From assembly GCA_964016885.1 (NCBI GenBank), contig OZ024764.1, positions 17,050,001-17,114,000 of the forward strand: a stretch of 64,000 nt of DNA, read 5' to 3'. A program made the position numbers and the translations under genes. A model generated the notes under the pieces. The model searched no databases. It saw nothing but the letters and a program-made list of their open reading frames with translations, and was not told the origin of the DNA. Origin of the DNA: Eledone cirrhosa (Eukaryota). Positions 1 through 14,847 of this stretch are shown one piece after another; position 1 is the stretch's first letter; every line of letters starts with the position of its first letter.

Positions 1-158
1 TAAATGTTATGTGAGATATTATGTGAGGTAAAGCCTTTACTGTGACAATACAATAGTATATATAGAGTAATGTAAATGTTATGTGAGATATTATGTGAGG
101 TAAAGCCTTTACTGTGAAAATACAATAGTATATATAGAGTAATGTAAATGTTAAAGGG
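1..158 (-). mobile_element. End of a TTAA-flanked MITE carrying the 60/72-bp tandem unit
   Basis: Reverse complement of the units at 31075-31555 and 41921-43025; ends TAAATGTTAAAGGG|TTAA. Confidence 0.7.
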
Positions 159-334
159 TTAAGATTCTTATAATTTACTTTTTTTTTTGTCCTGCAGGGT
201 GTCCAAAATCACCCTCCTCACCAAGCAAACTAGGTGGAGTTGCTGGTTTAGTCGCCGGTGATCCGACAAAGGGCAAAAGAACTCATAAGAGTCAATGGCC
301 ATCTTCTAAAAATAAAAATAATAAAAAATCCTGC

Positions 335-730
335 CAACTCAATGGGTGGCAGTAGTTCTCGTATTTGCCCTTCAAGTTCTTCCAAAGTCATTGATTTGGT
401 AGAGTAGACTTGCTCCTTTAACCAACCCCAAAGAAAAAAGTCGCAGCGAGTTAAGTCAGGGCTTCTGGCTGGCCACTCATGCAGACCACGGCAACCCATA
501 CATCTCCCAGGGAAGTCAGCATTCAGCCATTCACGAACAACAACAGAAAATCAAATCTTCAATATTCTCCCAAGTACTGATAATTGGCCAGATTTCATCT
601 TGCAGCATGGAGAGGTACCTTTCGGCATTCAATAGGGAGTTACTTTTCAATCACCCTGTGATTATATCGGCATCAACAATATTATACACTTATCTTGGTC
701 AGCCTATGAACTTTTCAGATGACCCTTACA
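335..730 (-). mobile_element. Tc1/mariner transposase remnant
   Basis: WPARSPDLTRCDFFLWGWLKEQVY, the SPDL third-catalytic-residue region; fragmentary. Confidence 0.8.
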
Positions 731-760
731 CAAGCCATCTCCACAAAAAGAAAAACTTAC

Positions 761-849
761 ACAGTTCCGATAGGATAAAGCCTTAATGTTTCTTCCATAC
801 ACATGTTAAGGTAAGGAAGCTGCTGGATATTGTCGTATGTTGGTAGCTC
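761..849 (-). CDS. CYP3A-like exon 11 ([30 protein letters not shown])
   Basis: ExxR motif ETLRLYP; ag/gtaagt. Confidence 0.95.
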
Positions 850-3800
850 CTAAAACAGAGAGGGAGAGAGAGGTATTAGGGTAAGGTTTTCACTTCAACA
901 CCCCCAACCCACTACCCCTACTCCATCCTCCCACTCCCACCAACACCACCCTTTCTCTGTAAAGTTATGTTGGTACCACAACATCCAGTTCAAACTAATG
1001 CGGTCGTGTAGGTGTCATGACAATAAAAAAAAACACAGTCCACACTGTAAACTGGTCATGAAGGAGACACAGTAAAAAGGCTCCCAGTCTACACTGTAAA
1101 GTGGTCGTGTAGGAGACACAGTAAAAAGGCTCCCAGTCCACACTGTAAAGTGGTCATGTAGGAGACACAGTAAAAAGGCTCCCAGTCCACACTGTAAAGT
1201 GGTCATGTAGGAGACACGGTAAAAAGGCTCCCAGTCCACACTGTAAAGTGGTCATGTAGGAGACACAGTAAAAAGGCTCCCAGTCCACACTGTAATGTGG
1301 TCATGTAGGAGACACAGTAAAAAGGCTCCCAGTCCACACTGTAATGTGGTCATGTAGGAGACACAGTAAAAAGGCTCCCAGTCCACACTGTAATGTGGTC
1401 ATGTAGGAGACACAGTAAAAAGGCTCCCAGTCCACACTGTAATGTGGTCATGTAGGAGACACAGTAAAAAGGCTCCCAGTCCACACTGTAATGTGGTCAT
1501 GTAGGAGACACAGTAAAAAGGCTCTCAGTCCACACTGTAAAGTGGTCATGTAGGAGACACAGTAAAAAGACTCCCAGTCCACACTGTAATGTGGTCATGT
1601 AGGAGACACAGTAAAAAGGCTCCCAGTCCACACTGTAAAGTGGTCATGTAGGAGACACAGTAAAAAGGCTCCCAGTCCACACTGTAAAGTGGTCATGTAG
1701 GAGACACAGTAAAAAGACTCCCAGTCCACACTGTAATGTGGTCATGTAGGAGACACAGTAAAAAGGCTCCCAGTCCACACTGTAAAGTGGTCATGTAGGA
1801 GACACAGTAAAAAGGCTCCCAGTCCACACTGTAAAGTGGTCATGTAGGAGACACAGTAAAAAGGCTCCCAGTCCACACTGTAAAGTGGTCATGTAGGAGA
1901 CACAGTAAAAAGGCTCCCAGTCCACACTGTAAAGTGGTCATGTAGGAGACACAGTAAAAAGGCTCCCAGTCCACACTGTAAAGTGGTCATGTAGGAGACA
2001 CAGTAAAAAGGCTCCCAGTCCACACTGTAAAGTGGTTATGTAGGAGACACAGTAAAAAGGCTCCCAGTCCACACTGTAAGGTGGTCATGTAGGAGACAGT
2101 AAAAAGGCTCCCAGTACACTCTGTAAGGTGGTCATGTAGGAGACACAGTAAAAAGGCTCCCAGTCCACACTGTAAAGTGGTTATGTAGGAGACACAGTAA
2201 AAAGGCTCCCAGTCCACACTGTAAAGTGGTCATGTAGGAGACACAGTAAAAAGGCTCCCAGTCCACACTGTAAACTGGTCATGTAGGAGACACAGTAAAA
2301 AGGCTCCCAGTCCACACTGTAATGTGGTCATGTAGGAGACACAGTAAAAAGGCTCCCAGTCCACACTGTAAAGTGGTCATGTAGGAGACACAGTAAAAAG
2401 GCTCCCAGTCCACACTGTAAAGTGGTTATGTAGGTGACACAGTAAAAAGGCTCCCAGTCCACACTGTAAATGTGGTTGGTGTTAGGAAGGGCATCCAGCT
2501 GTAGATACAGTCCTGTACGAGCGAGACAGGGTTACCTGATCAATCTTGCCTCAAGTGGGTTAATTCCCATCTAAATCCATGCTAGCGTGGAGATAGACGT
2601 TAAACGATGATGAATATGAGATACAAAGGAGTTTTCTCATCCATTTGTCCTTAAACACGTGGATCCTTCTCCCTGTTTCTGCCAAAAGTGTCCAGGTTTC
2701 ACACCCATACAGGAGGAAGGAGATTAACAGCGATTTCTACAATCTGTATTTAGATTCTTGCCAAATTTGGCCATCACTGCCATACTAACCTTCCCCAAAA
2801 TATAACTGGTACTGAGTAAAAAAACAATTGAATATTGACCTGCCCCAAAACATTTACAATCTCTTCGTATAACTTCTGCTGTGCCTCAGGATTAACTGAC
2901 ATTAAATATGTAAAGAATGTCAGGGTAGATGCAGTAGTTTCGTAACCAGTCAAGAAAAATGCTGTACATTGAGCCAGAATTTCCTTATCTGTAATTCCTG
3001 CAAGGAGAAAACAGAAAAAGAAAGCCACAAATAAATAAATCATAATATAATAAAGTAAGAAGTGTGAGACTGTGTCTGAATATATTTTTGTATCCTGTTT
3101 GTAAAATAAGTTGGATTACTTTGAATAAATAATTAATGAATATTACATAATTTATCTACTAAATTTCGTAGCTGTTGATTAAACATAAATATTCTTATAT
3201 ATAATAATTGCTTATTTTAAGATTCACTTCTTTAAAGTTTTCAAACGTCAATACTTCCAGTTATGATATAACATACGCTATATTATGTCGCTTATATAAT
3301 CGTTCATTTATTTACATCGTTATATCATAACGTTGATATTTCCGTCGCTAATTTTCTCATTTTTCATTTTCATAACAATTTTAACTTATTATATATGCAG
3401 TTTATATATAATATTGTCTTTTTTTAATGTATCATGGATTACTTTGCTGATTACAGAAGAGAGTGTAACACAGTCTCTCTTCAATTTCTGTGCATATTGT
3501 CAATTACGATTTTATTTGACGTATCATATCTACATGCATATATCATCATCATCATCATTTTACGTCTGCTTTTCCCTGCTTGCAAGGGTGGGACAGAAAC
3601 TGATTCTGGCTTGATTTCTACAGCTGGATGCCCTTCCTAATACCAACCTCATTTACAGTGAGTGCTGGGTGCTTTTTTGCCGTGGCACCTCCACGACCAC
3701 TTTGCAGTGGAATGATAGGGACCCCAGTCCCTATCATCTCATTTTTACAGCTGAGTAAACTGGAGCAATGTGAAATAAAGTGTCTTGCTCAAGGAAACAA

Positions 3801-3947
3801 CACATCATCTGGTCTGAGAATTGAACTCACAACCTTTCAATTGCAAGACCAATGCTCTAACCACTAAGCCATGTCCCACCCTTGCAAGCAGGGAAAAGCG
3901 GACGTAAAATGAAATGATGATGATGATGATGATATATATATATTATA

Positions 3948-3982
<35 letters not shown>

Positions 3983-5854
3983 CAAAGTAAGTGTGGTAAG
4001 ATACCAGCTAGACCATAACCCACCAGAGTACTCGATACTTTGGGTAGTAGAGTGGGTAATAGGAAAAGAGTCAGGACATGAGCTCTGCCGTCGGGGTCCA
4101 GACTCTTTTCCTCTCTCTCTCTCTCTATATATATATACAGAGTACCCAGTACTCACTGTAAAGTGGTTGTGTAGGAGACACAACAAAAAGCACTCAGTCC
4201 ACACTGTAAACAAGATTGGAGCTAGGAAGTGCATCCAGCTGTAGAAACCAAGCCAGAAACAGCTCTTTGTGAAGAAGACACAGCCACAGTCACCTGACCC
4301 AACTTGCCTCAAATGGGACAATCTGTCTAACCCATGCTAGCGTGGAAACATGGCCGTTTAAACGATGATATGTACCTCTTTTTGTTCTCCAGTCTGTTAT
4401 ATTCTCCAACTCAAGTTCCTTTTCTTCTTCCGGAAGTAATTCTTCATGACCTACCAACTGTGCCTTTAACATCAAATTCAAAAGGTTCTTTGGTGTCTAC
4501 AGAATACATTTTGAAAATTTTATATTTAAATTTTCATGAAGGAAGGCGATATGCGGTAATACAGAAGACCCGACTTCCCAGGAGCACAACCCACCACAAC
4601 CTTTTCCTCCCAGCACACACTGTAAAGTGGTCATGTAGGTGTCATGACAAAAAGTACCCAGTCCACACTGTAAAGTGGTCATGTAGGTGTCACAACAAAA
4701 AGCACCCAGTCCACACTGTAAAGTGGTCATGTAGGTGTCACGACAAAAAGTACCCAGTCCACACTGTAAAGTAGTCATGTAGGTGTCACAACAAAAAGTA
4801 CCCAGTCCACACTGTAAAGTGGTCATGTAGGTGTCACGACAAAAAGTACACAAATATCAGGGAAGTACATTACTACGATGAAACCGACGGCAACGAAAGT
4901 GACGACAACTAAATCAACTACAATGATGAAGACGAAAGAGAGAATACTGACATTTTCCTTGTTGATGGTTGCCTTCCGTTTATCAATGAGAGCCTGGCAA
5001 AATTTCCGGAAGTATTTCTGCTTTCCAATCATCGCACTTGTCAATCCAAATTTTTCAACATATTTCGTGGTCCAAGGCAACATAACTGAAACAGAAATTT
5101 AATACGATTTTTAATAGATTTTACTATTTTTAATGGATTTTATTATTTTTAATAGATTTTACTATTTTTAATGGATTTTATTATTTTTAATAGATTTTAC
5201 TATTTTTTATGGATTTTATTATTTTTAATAGATTTTACTATTTTTAATGGATTTTATTATTTTTAATAGATTTTACTATTTTTAATTAATTTTATTATTT
5301 TTAATAGATTTTACTATTTTTAATGGATTTTATTATTTTTAATAGATTTTACTATTTTTTATGGATTTTATTATAGCGGGTCGGACGCCATGCTTTGACG
5401 CATAGAGTTACGGCCCTTGCCATTCTGAGTTAAAATCCCACCAAAGTTGACTTTGCCTTTTCAGCCTTACGGGGTCGATAAAATAAAGTACCAGTAATGC
5501 ACTGGTTAATTGCTGGCCTTGTGCCAACAGTAGAAACAATTATTTTTAATGGGTTTGGTTGTATTTAATTGGTTTTATAATACTTACATGTTAGAAATAT
5601 AAATGGATTGAAAAGGTTGAATTCAAATATGCCTTTAGCTTTCTCAACCAAAGGGTCATTGGGGTTTGACTGAGAATCTACTATTATTCCAAAGCCAGTA
5701 GCAGATATAACATCAATGGTGTAAGCAGAAATATACCTGAAGAGATCAAGTAGAATATATATACATATATGTATGTATATGCATATATATATATATACAT
5801 ATAATATATATAATATATATATATATATATAATATATATATATGATATATATAT

Positions 5855-5896
<42 letters not shown>

Positions 5897-5936
5897 ATAT
5901 ATATAATGTATATATATACATATATATATATATATG

Positions 5937-6017
<81 letters not shown>

Positions 6018-7479
6018 GGTTTGTGTCTGTTGTGGTTTGTCTACACTAATACACTATATATATATATATATATATATATACACTATATATACACACACTA
6101 TATATATATATATATATATAGAATATATATATATATATATATAGAATCTCATATATATATATATGTAGAATCTCATCTATATTAAAACTGTTATACTCTG
6201 CTATGTATTGAGTACCTTACTTACTGTGGTTACCTCCGATTCAATCCGGAATAACGTATATATATATATATATATACACTATATATATATATATACACAC
6301 TACTGTATATATATATATATATATATATATAGTGTATATAAATATATATAAAGTAAAATATATATAAAGTAAATATACATATACATAAGAAGAATTAATA
6401 TATGAAACAAAACTAAATTTCAATAAAACTGTCCAAAGATTCTCACATACGTTTTAATACTTGTAGCTTCTCCACTGTCTGCTAGTTTACCAATATTTCC
6501 TACTAGCGTATTAGCACATCTTTGAACCAGTTCATTCATCTACAATAGATATAGAATGATATTTTAGTAAAACAGGCTATCAAACGAAGCACAAGGGGTT
6601 TTTCTCTAAAAGTGAAAGGCAGATTGTATGATGCTTGTATACGAATGGCGATATTACACGGTAGCAAAACCTGGGCATTGTGTGCTGAAGACTTGCGTAG
6701 ATTAGAAAGAAATGAAACTTGCATCCCCCGATGGATGTGTAATAGTAATATGTGTGTGAATGGCGAAGCATAAACGAATTGAGAGAGAGACTAAGCATAA
6801 GAGGTATCAAATGTTTTCTGGAGAGGAGATTGCGTTGGTATGGACATGTGATGTGTATGAAGGACGACAGCTGTATAAAAAAGTGCAGGGCAAGGAAAAT
6901 TAATGCAAGCTACGGAGTGGGTAGAGCAAGAAAAACCTGGGATGAGGTGATAAAAAACTGACCTTGTTTACTTACACCTCTCTAAGACAATGTCACTGGA
7001 TCGAGATCTTGCAGTTGTACAGAAGACCTGCCATCCCTTGCATACAAACATAGAGTCAGTAGGCACCTCTTAACTCAATGTACACCCCACCCCACACCCC
7101 ACACACCCTACCCCATCCACCCATTTCCATCCACTCTGTCGATAACACAACAAAAAGTACCCAGTCCACACTATAAGGTAGTCATGTAGGAGACATGGTG
7201 GAAAGACTCCCAGTCCATACTATAAGGTAGTCATGTAGGAGACATGGTTGAAAGACTCCCAGTCCACACTATAAGGTAGTCATGTAGGAGACATGGTTGA
7301 AAGACTCCCAGTTCACACTATAAATGTGGTTGGTGTTAGGAAGGACATCCCAGCTGTAAAATACCTGCCAGAGACACTTCCGTGCGAGCAAGACATGGTC
7401 TCCTGACCATTCCCGCATCAAATCGAACAAAACCGTCTAACCCATGCTCGTGTGGAAGATGGATGTTAAACGATGATGA

Positions 7480-7518
<39 letters not shown>

Positions 7519-10461
7519 ATGGATGTACGATGTCAATGTGTGTGAACGACCCAGCATAGATGAGTTGAGTGAGAAAATGTGTATAAGAGGGATAGGTTGT
7601 GGTGTGCGGCAGAAAAGACTGAGATGGTATGGACATGTGATGTGTTGAGAGAGAAACTGTGTATAAGAGGGATAAGTTGTAGAGTGTGGGAGAGAAGACT
7701 GAGATGGTATGGACATGTGATGTGTTGAGAGAGAAACTGTGTATAAGAGGGATAAGTTGTAGAGTGTGGGAGAGAAGACTGACATGGTATGGACATGTGA
7801 TGTGTTGAGAGAGAAACTGTGTATAAGAGGGATAAGTTGTAGAGTGTGGGAGAGAAGACTGAGATGGTATGGACATGTGATATGTTGAGAGAGAAACTGG
7901 GTATAAGAGGGATAAGTTGTAGTGTGTGGGAGAGAAGACTGAGATGGTATGGACATGTGATGTGTTGAGAGAGAAACTGTGTATAAGAGGGATAAGTTGT
8001 AGAGTGTGGGAGAGAAGACTGAGATGGTATGGACATGTGATGTGTTGAGAGAGAAACTGTGTATAAGAGGGATAAGTTGTAGAGTGTGGGAGAGAAGACT
8101 GAGATGGTATGGACATATGATGTGTTGAGAGAGAAACTGGGTATAAGAGGGATAAGTTGTAGTGTGTGGGAGAGAAGACTGAGATGGTATGGACATGTGA
8201 TGTGTTGAGAGAGAAACTGTGTATAAGAGGGATAAGTTGTAGAGTGTGGGAGAGAAGACTGAGATGGTATGGACATGTGATGTGTTGAGAGAGAAACTGT
8301 GTATAAGAGGGATAGGTTGTGGTGTGTGGGAGAGAAGACTGAGATAGTATGGACATGTGATGTGTTGAGAGAGAAACTGTGTATAAGAGGGATAAGTTGT
8401 GGTGTGTGGGAGAGAAGACTGAGATAGTATGGATATGTGATGTACATGGAGGATGACCGCTGGGTAAAGAAGTGCCAAGAAATCCCAGTAGGAAGAAGAC
8501 GCAGTAGAGGAAGACCACGAAAATCATGGGTTGAGGTGGTGAGAGCAGACCTCAGATCACTGAAGCTCACAGAGGAGATGACGAAGGACGTGACAAGTGG
8601 AGAGATGCTGTGCTGAATAGGACCCATCCCACCCTTGCAAGCAGGGAAAAGTGGACGTAAAATGATGATGATGATGATGGTGATATATACTTACCCGTCT
8701 CATTTGATGGGAGGTAAAAGAAGGAGATAAGATAGAACGGAGATATTTCCAATGATCATCTTCAACATTGGGCAGGCTAAGATTGGCGATTTCATCTCCC
8801 ATAAAATGCTGAGAAAATAGAAAAAAACTGACAAGTTTCAAAATCTGTAATCACACTCTCCACCATATATAAAAATGTTCAGCTAACCTTCGTACATATA
8901 TACATATATATACGTATATATACATATATATACATATATATACATATATATACATATATATACATATATATACATATGTATACACATATATACATATATA
9001 TACATATATATACATATATATACATATATATACATATATACATATATATAGACATATATATACATATATATACATATATATACATATATATACACATATA
9101 TACATATATATACATATATATACATATATATACATATATATACATATATATACATATATATATACATATATATACATATATATACACATATATACACATA
9201 TATACATATATATACATATATATACACATATATACCTATATATACACATATATACATATATATACATATATATACGTATATATACATATATATACATATA
9301 TATACGTATATATACATATATATACATATATATACACATATATACATATAAATGGAAACTATATTTATAAAACTATATTTATTTCATTATACATATTTCA
9401 AGGACACCAAGTTAAATTATGGTGTGCTTTCATCAGATAAAATATAATATAGAACAGTTTTATAAATAAATATTGACATTAATGGAGGCACATGGCTTAG
9501 TGGTTAGAGCATTGGCCTTGCAATCGAAAGGTTGTGAGTTCAATTCTCAGACCGGGTGATGTGTTGTTTCCTTGAGCAAGACACTTTATTTCACATTCCT
9601 CCAGTTTACTCAGCTGTAGAAATGAGATGATAGGGACTGGGGTCCCTATCATTCCACTGTAAAGTGGTCGTGGAGGTGCCACGGCAAAAAAGCACCCAGC
9701 ACTCACTGTAAATGAGGTTGGTGTTAGGAAGGGCATCCAGCTGTAGAAATCAAGCCAGAATCAGTTCCCGTCCCACCCTTGCAAGCAGGGAAAAAGCGGA
9801 CATAAAATGAAATGAAAAATGATGATGATACCCTTAAAGAATGCAACCATTACTGTTGCAAGCTATCCGGGAGCTTCCAACAGTAATGGTTGCATTCTTT
9901 AAGGGTATGTCAATATTTATTTATAAAACTGTTCTATATTATATTTTATCTGATGAAAGCACACCATAATTTAACTTGGAACCAGGCTATAAGATTAAAA
10001 GACACCTATGAAGAAATTATAGATAAATAAACGACAACCATCTATTCGCGATCAACAGCCAGAGAATATTTGCCCAGCATTTCCAATAGCACGTGGAAAT
10101 CGATTAAATATATCGTCAACCATACACAATTAGGTATAAAATCAAAGTTAGAAGAAAAAATGTATATAAACATAGCAGGATTACGTTTCGTGCCAAAAAC
10201 ATATATATCTATGACTTTGTCTAGTTTGTGTATATGTAAATCTTTATATATATATATATGTGTGTACTACGGGTTCCTGAGATATGGGGTTTTCTGGGTA
10301 CCTTCATAAACAGAGAGATAGAAGGATAGAGAGAAGGAGATAATGGTTGTGAGGGAGTAGATTGAAAGAGAGACACAGAGAGAGAGAGGGAGCTGGTGGT
10401 GTTGTTGTGTGTGTATGTATATGTGTGTGTGTGTATGACCAGTGCATCTACATCACATACC

Positions 10462-10516
<55 letters not shown>

Positions 10517-13500
10517 TTACATATAAATATGTATATATATATATGTATACACACACACATTTATATATATATATATACATACACACACATATATATATAT
10601 ATATATATATGGGGCTTCCAGTTTCATTTCACATTCTATACATGTGTGTATATCGTAATTATTTAAAAATTATTTTTAAGCGAACAAGGGTCACGGGTGG
10701 TCTAGTAAAATATAAAACTTCACTTACAGTTCTGTTAGGAAAGTATGAGTACTTTTTTACCAAAATATCCTGAACCATTTCTGGATCACTTATAACCAAC
10801 ACAGGATTTACTCCATGGAATATTCTATTAATATATCAGGAAAAAAAAAGAACCTCACAAAATGCTGCAGATGATCACAAAAACAAGAGGCGGAAATGGG
10901 GTTCCTCTGAAGAGTCATTGGAGTAAAGTTACTCAGAGATCAGAGTGTCACTCCAGGTAGAGCCACTACTTCTACGAATTGAGAGATCACAGCTCTGATA
11001 CTACAGACATGTGGTTAGAATGTCTCAAGAAAGAATCTCTGGATTGAGAGATCACAGCTCTGATACTACAGACATGTGGTTAGAATGTCTCAGGAAAGAA
11101 TCTCTGGATTGAGAGACCACAGCTCTGATACTACAGACATGTGGTTAGAATGTCTCAGGAAAGAATCTCTGGATTGAGAGATCACAGCTCTGATACTACA
11201 GACATGTGGTTAGAATGTCTGAATTGAGAGATCACAGCTCTGATACTACAGACATGTGGTTAGAATGTCTCAGGAAAAAATCTCTGGATTGAGAGATCAC
11301 AGCTCTGATACTACAGACATGTGGTTAGAATGTCTCAGGAAAGAATCTCTGGATTGAGAGACCACAGCTCTGATACTACAGACATGTGGTTAGAATGTCT
11401 CAGGAAAGAATCTCTGGATTGAGAGATCACAGCTCTGATACTACAGACATGTGGTTAGAATGTCTGACGAAAGAATCACTGAATTGAGAGATCACAACTC
11501 TGATACTACAGACATGTGGTTAGAATGTCTCAGGAGAGAATCTCTGGATTGAGAGATCACAGCTCTGATACTACAGACATGTGGTTAGAATGTCTCAGGA
11601 AAGAATCTCTGGATTGAGAGACCACAGTTCTGATACTACAGACATGTGGTTAGAATGTCCGAGGAAAGAATCTCTTAATTGAGAGATCACAGCTCTGATA
11701 CTACAGACATGTGGTTAGAATGTCCGAGGAAAGAATCTCTGAATTGAGAGATCACAGCTCTGATACTACAGACATGTGGTTAGAATGTCCGAGGAAAGAA
11801 TCTCTGAATTGAGAGATCACAGCTCTGATACTACAGACATGTGGTTAGAATGTCTGAGGAAAGAATCTCTGAATTGAGAGATCACAGCTCTGATACTACA
11901 GACATGTGGTTAGAATGTCTCAGGAAAGAATCTCTGGATTGAGAGATCACAGCTCTGATACTACAGACATGTGGTTAGAACTGGGTTGAGAGATCACAGC
12001 TCTGATACTACAGATATGTGGTTAGAATGTCTCAGGAAAGAATCTCTTAATTGAGAGATCACAGCTCTGATACTACAGACATGTGGTTAGAATGTCTCAG
12101 GAAAGAATCTCTGGATTGAGAGATCACAGCTCTGATACTACAGACATGTGGTTAGAATGTCTCAGGAAAGAATCTCTGGATTGAGAGATCACAGCTCTGA
12201 TACTACAGACATGTGGTTAGAATGTCTGAGGAAAGAATCTCTGAATTGAGAGATCACAGCTCTGATACTACAGACATGTGGTTAGAATGTCTGAGGAAAG
12301 AATCTCTGAATTGAGAGATCACAGCTCTGATACTACAGACATGTGGTTAGAATGTCTGAGGAAAGAATCTCTGAATTGAGAGACCACAGCTCTGATACTA
12401 CAGACATGTGGTTAGAATGTCTGAGGAAAGAATCTCTGGATTGAGAGACCACAGCTCTGATACTACAGACATGTGGTTAGAATGTCTGAGGAAAGAATCT
12501 CTGGATTGAGAGACCACAGCTCTGATACTACAGACATGTGATTAGAATGTCTCAGGAAAGAATCTCTGGATTGAGAGATCACAGCTCTGATACTACAGAC
12601 ATGTGGTTAGAATGTCTCAGTAGCGATCATCTTGAGAATCTCTCTGTTATATGAAAAACAAAAATAAACAATTGTTCCTACCCAAATATGTCGCCATACT
12701 TTTTTGCCCAGTATCTGTAGACACAACAAAATCCCTGAAAGAAATATGTGAAATGTAACAAAATTGGGAATTTAGTGTCATAACAATTTCTTCACTTCTT
12801 TGGTATTATAGTAATCATCATTGTCATCACCATCAAAGAAGAAGAAGAAGAAGAAGAAGAAGAAGAAGAAGAAGAAGAAAAATAAAAATAAAAAGAAGGC
12901 GAAGAAGAAGAAGAAGAAGAAAAAGAAAACGAAAAGGAAATCAAAGAAAATCAATAGGTATTGATAGATCAACATAAAATGGAATTTAAGATATATTTTA
13001 CGATTCTGCTTAATTCCATAAAATTTCCCACATGAGAAATAGGTTCTGGGCCTGGGAGACCACGGTCTTTGAAGAAGGAAAAATTTCTCCGCCCAAATCT
13101 AGTAAAAAAAAAAAAAAAAAATAATATATATATAAATATAAATATATATATGTATGTATGTATGTATATAAGGGCGGAAGAACTCGTAAGAGTGAACGCT
13201 ATCCAAAAGTGTGTAAATATGTATACACATGTATATATATATATATATTTTAGTTATAGTTCACTTGAAGCATTGTGTAATGAGGTATAAACGTTTGTAT
13301 ATGTATAATAAAGCCAAAACAATGCAGGTATGGACATTGAATAAAGAATGTAAATGGAAAAGATATTGTTGACAATTAGTCTTTTACCTTAGATTTATTT
13401 AAATGCCCTTAATTTTCGAGATAATATCTCTTCTTCGGAGGGAAGTAAAGCGGTTAAACCAGTGTTCTAAATAGCTTGCCAAGTCATGCTGACAGGAAAT

Positions 13501-14084
13501 ATATATATATATATATAGTTGTTATATAGTAAGGTGCATTTTTGTATATCTCCAATTCCATTCAAGGGACCAGCTAGATGATGTAAAACGGAGTATAAGT
13601 ATCAAAATGAAAATCTGAAGGCAAGGTTAAATTCCAATCATTTTCTCCCTCATATCAAGAATTTGAAGACAATTCATTTTCACCTGATGAAATCAGTGAT
13701 AAGTGATCATGGCTTTATGATCGATCTATCTCTTATTGAAACATGTGTCGTGATTAAAATGATTGGAATTTAACCTCGCCTTCAGATTTTCATTTTGATA
13801 TATATATATATTTATTAAAATAACAGATTAAAGTTTAAGCAAAGAATCGCTGCTTTCACCCTTAACGGGATCTTCTGAAACAGAAGATCCCGTTAAGGGT
13901 GAAAGCAGCGATTCTTTGCTTAAACTTTAATCTGTTATTTTAATAAATATTTGCTCTATGGTTCTTATATATTTGATATATATTTATCCTTATCCAGCCC
14001 TCTTTGGATTTTAGTCTTCACATTTATTATTATTACTATATATTTAAATATATATATATATGTATGTGTGTGTATATATATGTT

Positions 14085-14145
<61 letters not shown>

Positions 14146-14507
14146 AAATAAAAATGTGTGTATGTATGCATATATATATATATATATATATATGCATACA
14201 TACACACTTTTATTTAATTTTAATTTTTTTTTTATTTAACCCTTTAGTGTTCAAACCAGCCAGAATTCTCTACCTTTATCTGTTGAAACTGGCTGTAACT
14301 GGTCGCTCATACTGATGTTAAGGTATTGTTCTCAAAATAAATACTTCCAAAATCTCATAGATTCAATATTATGTGAGAAATTGCCATCGAAACGGCTTGA
14401 GCTCTACCGTCGGGTGTCATGCATTTTCCTATTACTCACTCTACTACCCTAAGTATTGAGTACTCTGGTGCGTTATGGTCCACCTGGTTCCTTACCACAA
14501 TTCCTTC

Positions 14508-14548
<41 letters not shown>

Positions 14549-14804
14549 AAAGGGATATTCAATTCAATTTGTTGGTTATTCAACAAATATAAATGTTTAT
14601 AACTGATTGACATATCCAGGAAAATAAATATTGACTATCCAGGAAAAACTTGAACTGTTAAGATCTCATTCCTGGTTATGTCAATATTTATAAAACAAAC
14701 TTTGTATTTTATCTGATGAGAGCGTACCAAAGTTTTGGTACCCTTGAAATATATATAATAGAATAAATATGGTTTTATAAATATAGTTTCCATTTATTTT
14801 ATAT

Positions 14805-14847
<43 letters not shown>

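Noticed and set aside
8851-9440. Numerous YI/CV/HT-rich ORFs here and throughout the window
   Set aside because: Translations of (TA)n, (CA)n and (TACA)n microsatellites.
9484-9560. tRNA-like sequence with A and B boxes
   Set aside because: No complete cloverleaf; it is the head of a multi-copy SINE.
10976-12620. Regularly spaced repeats (also 58239-58826 and 62536-63740) as possible CRISPR arrays
   Set aside because: Units are head-to-tail with no unique spacers, there are no cas genes, and the context is eukaryotic.
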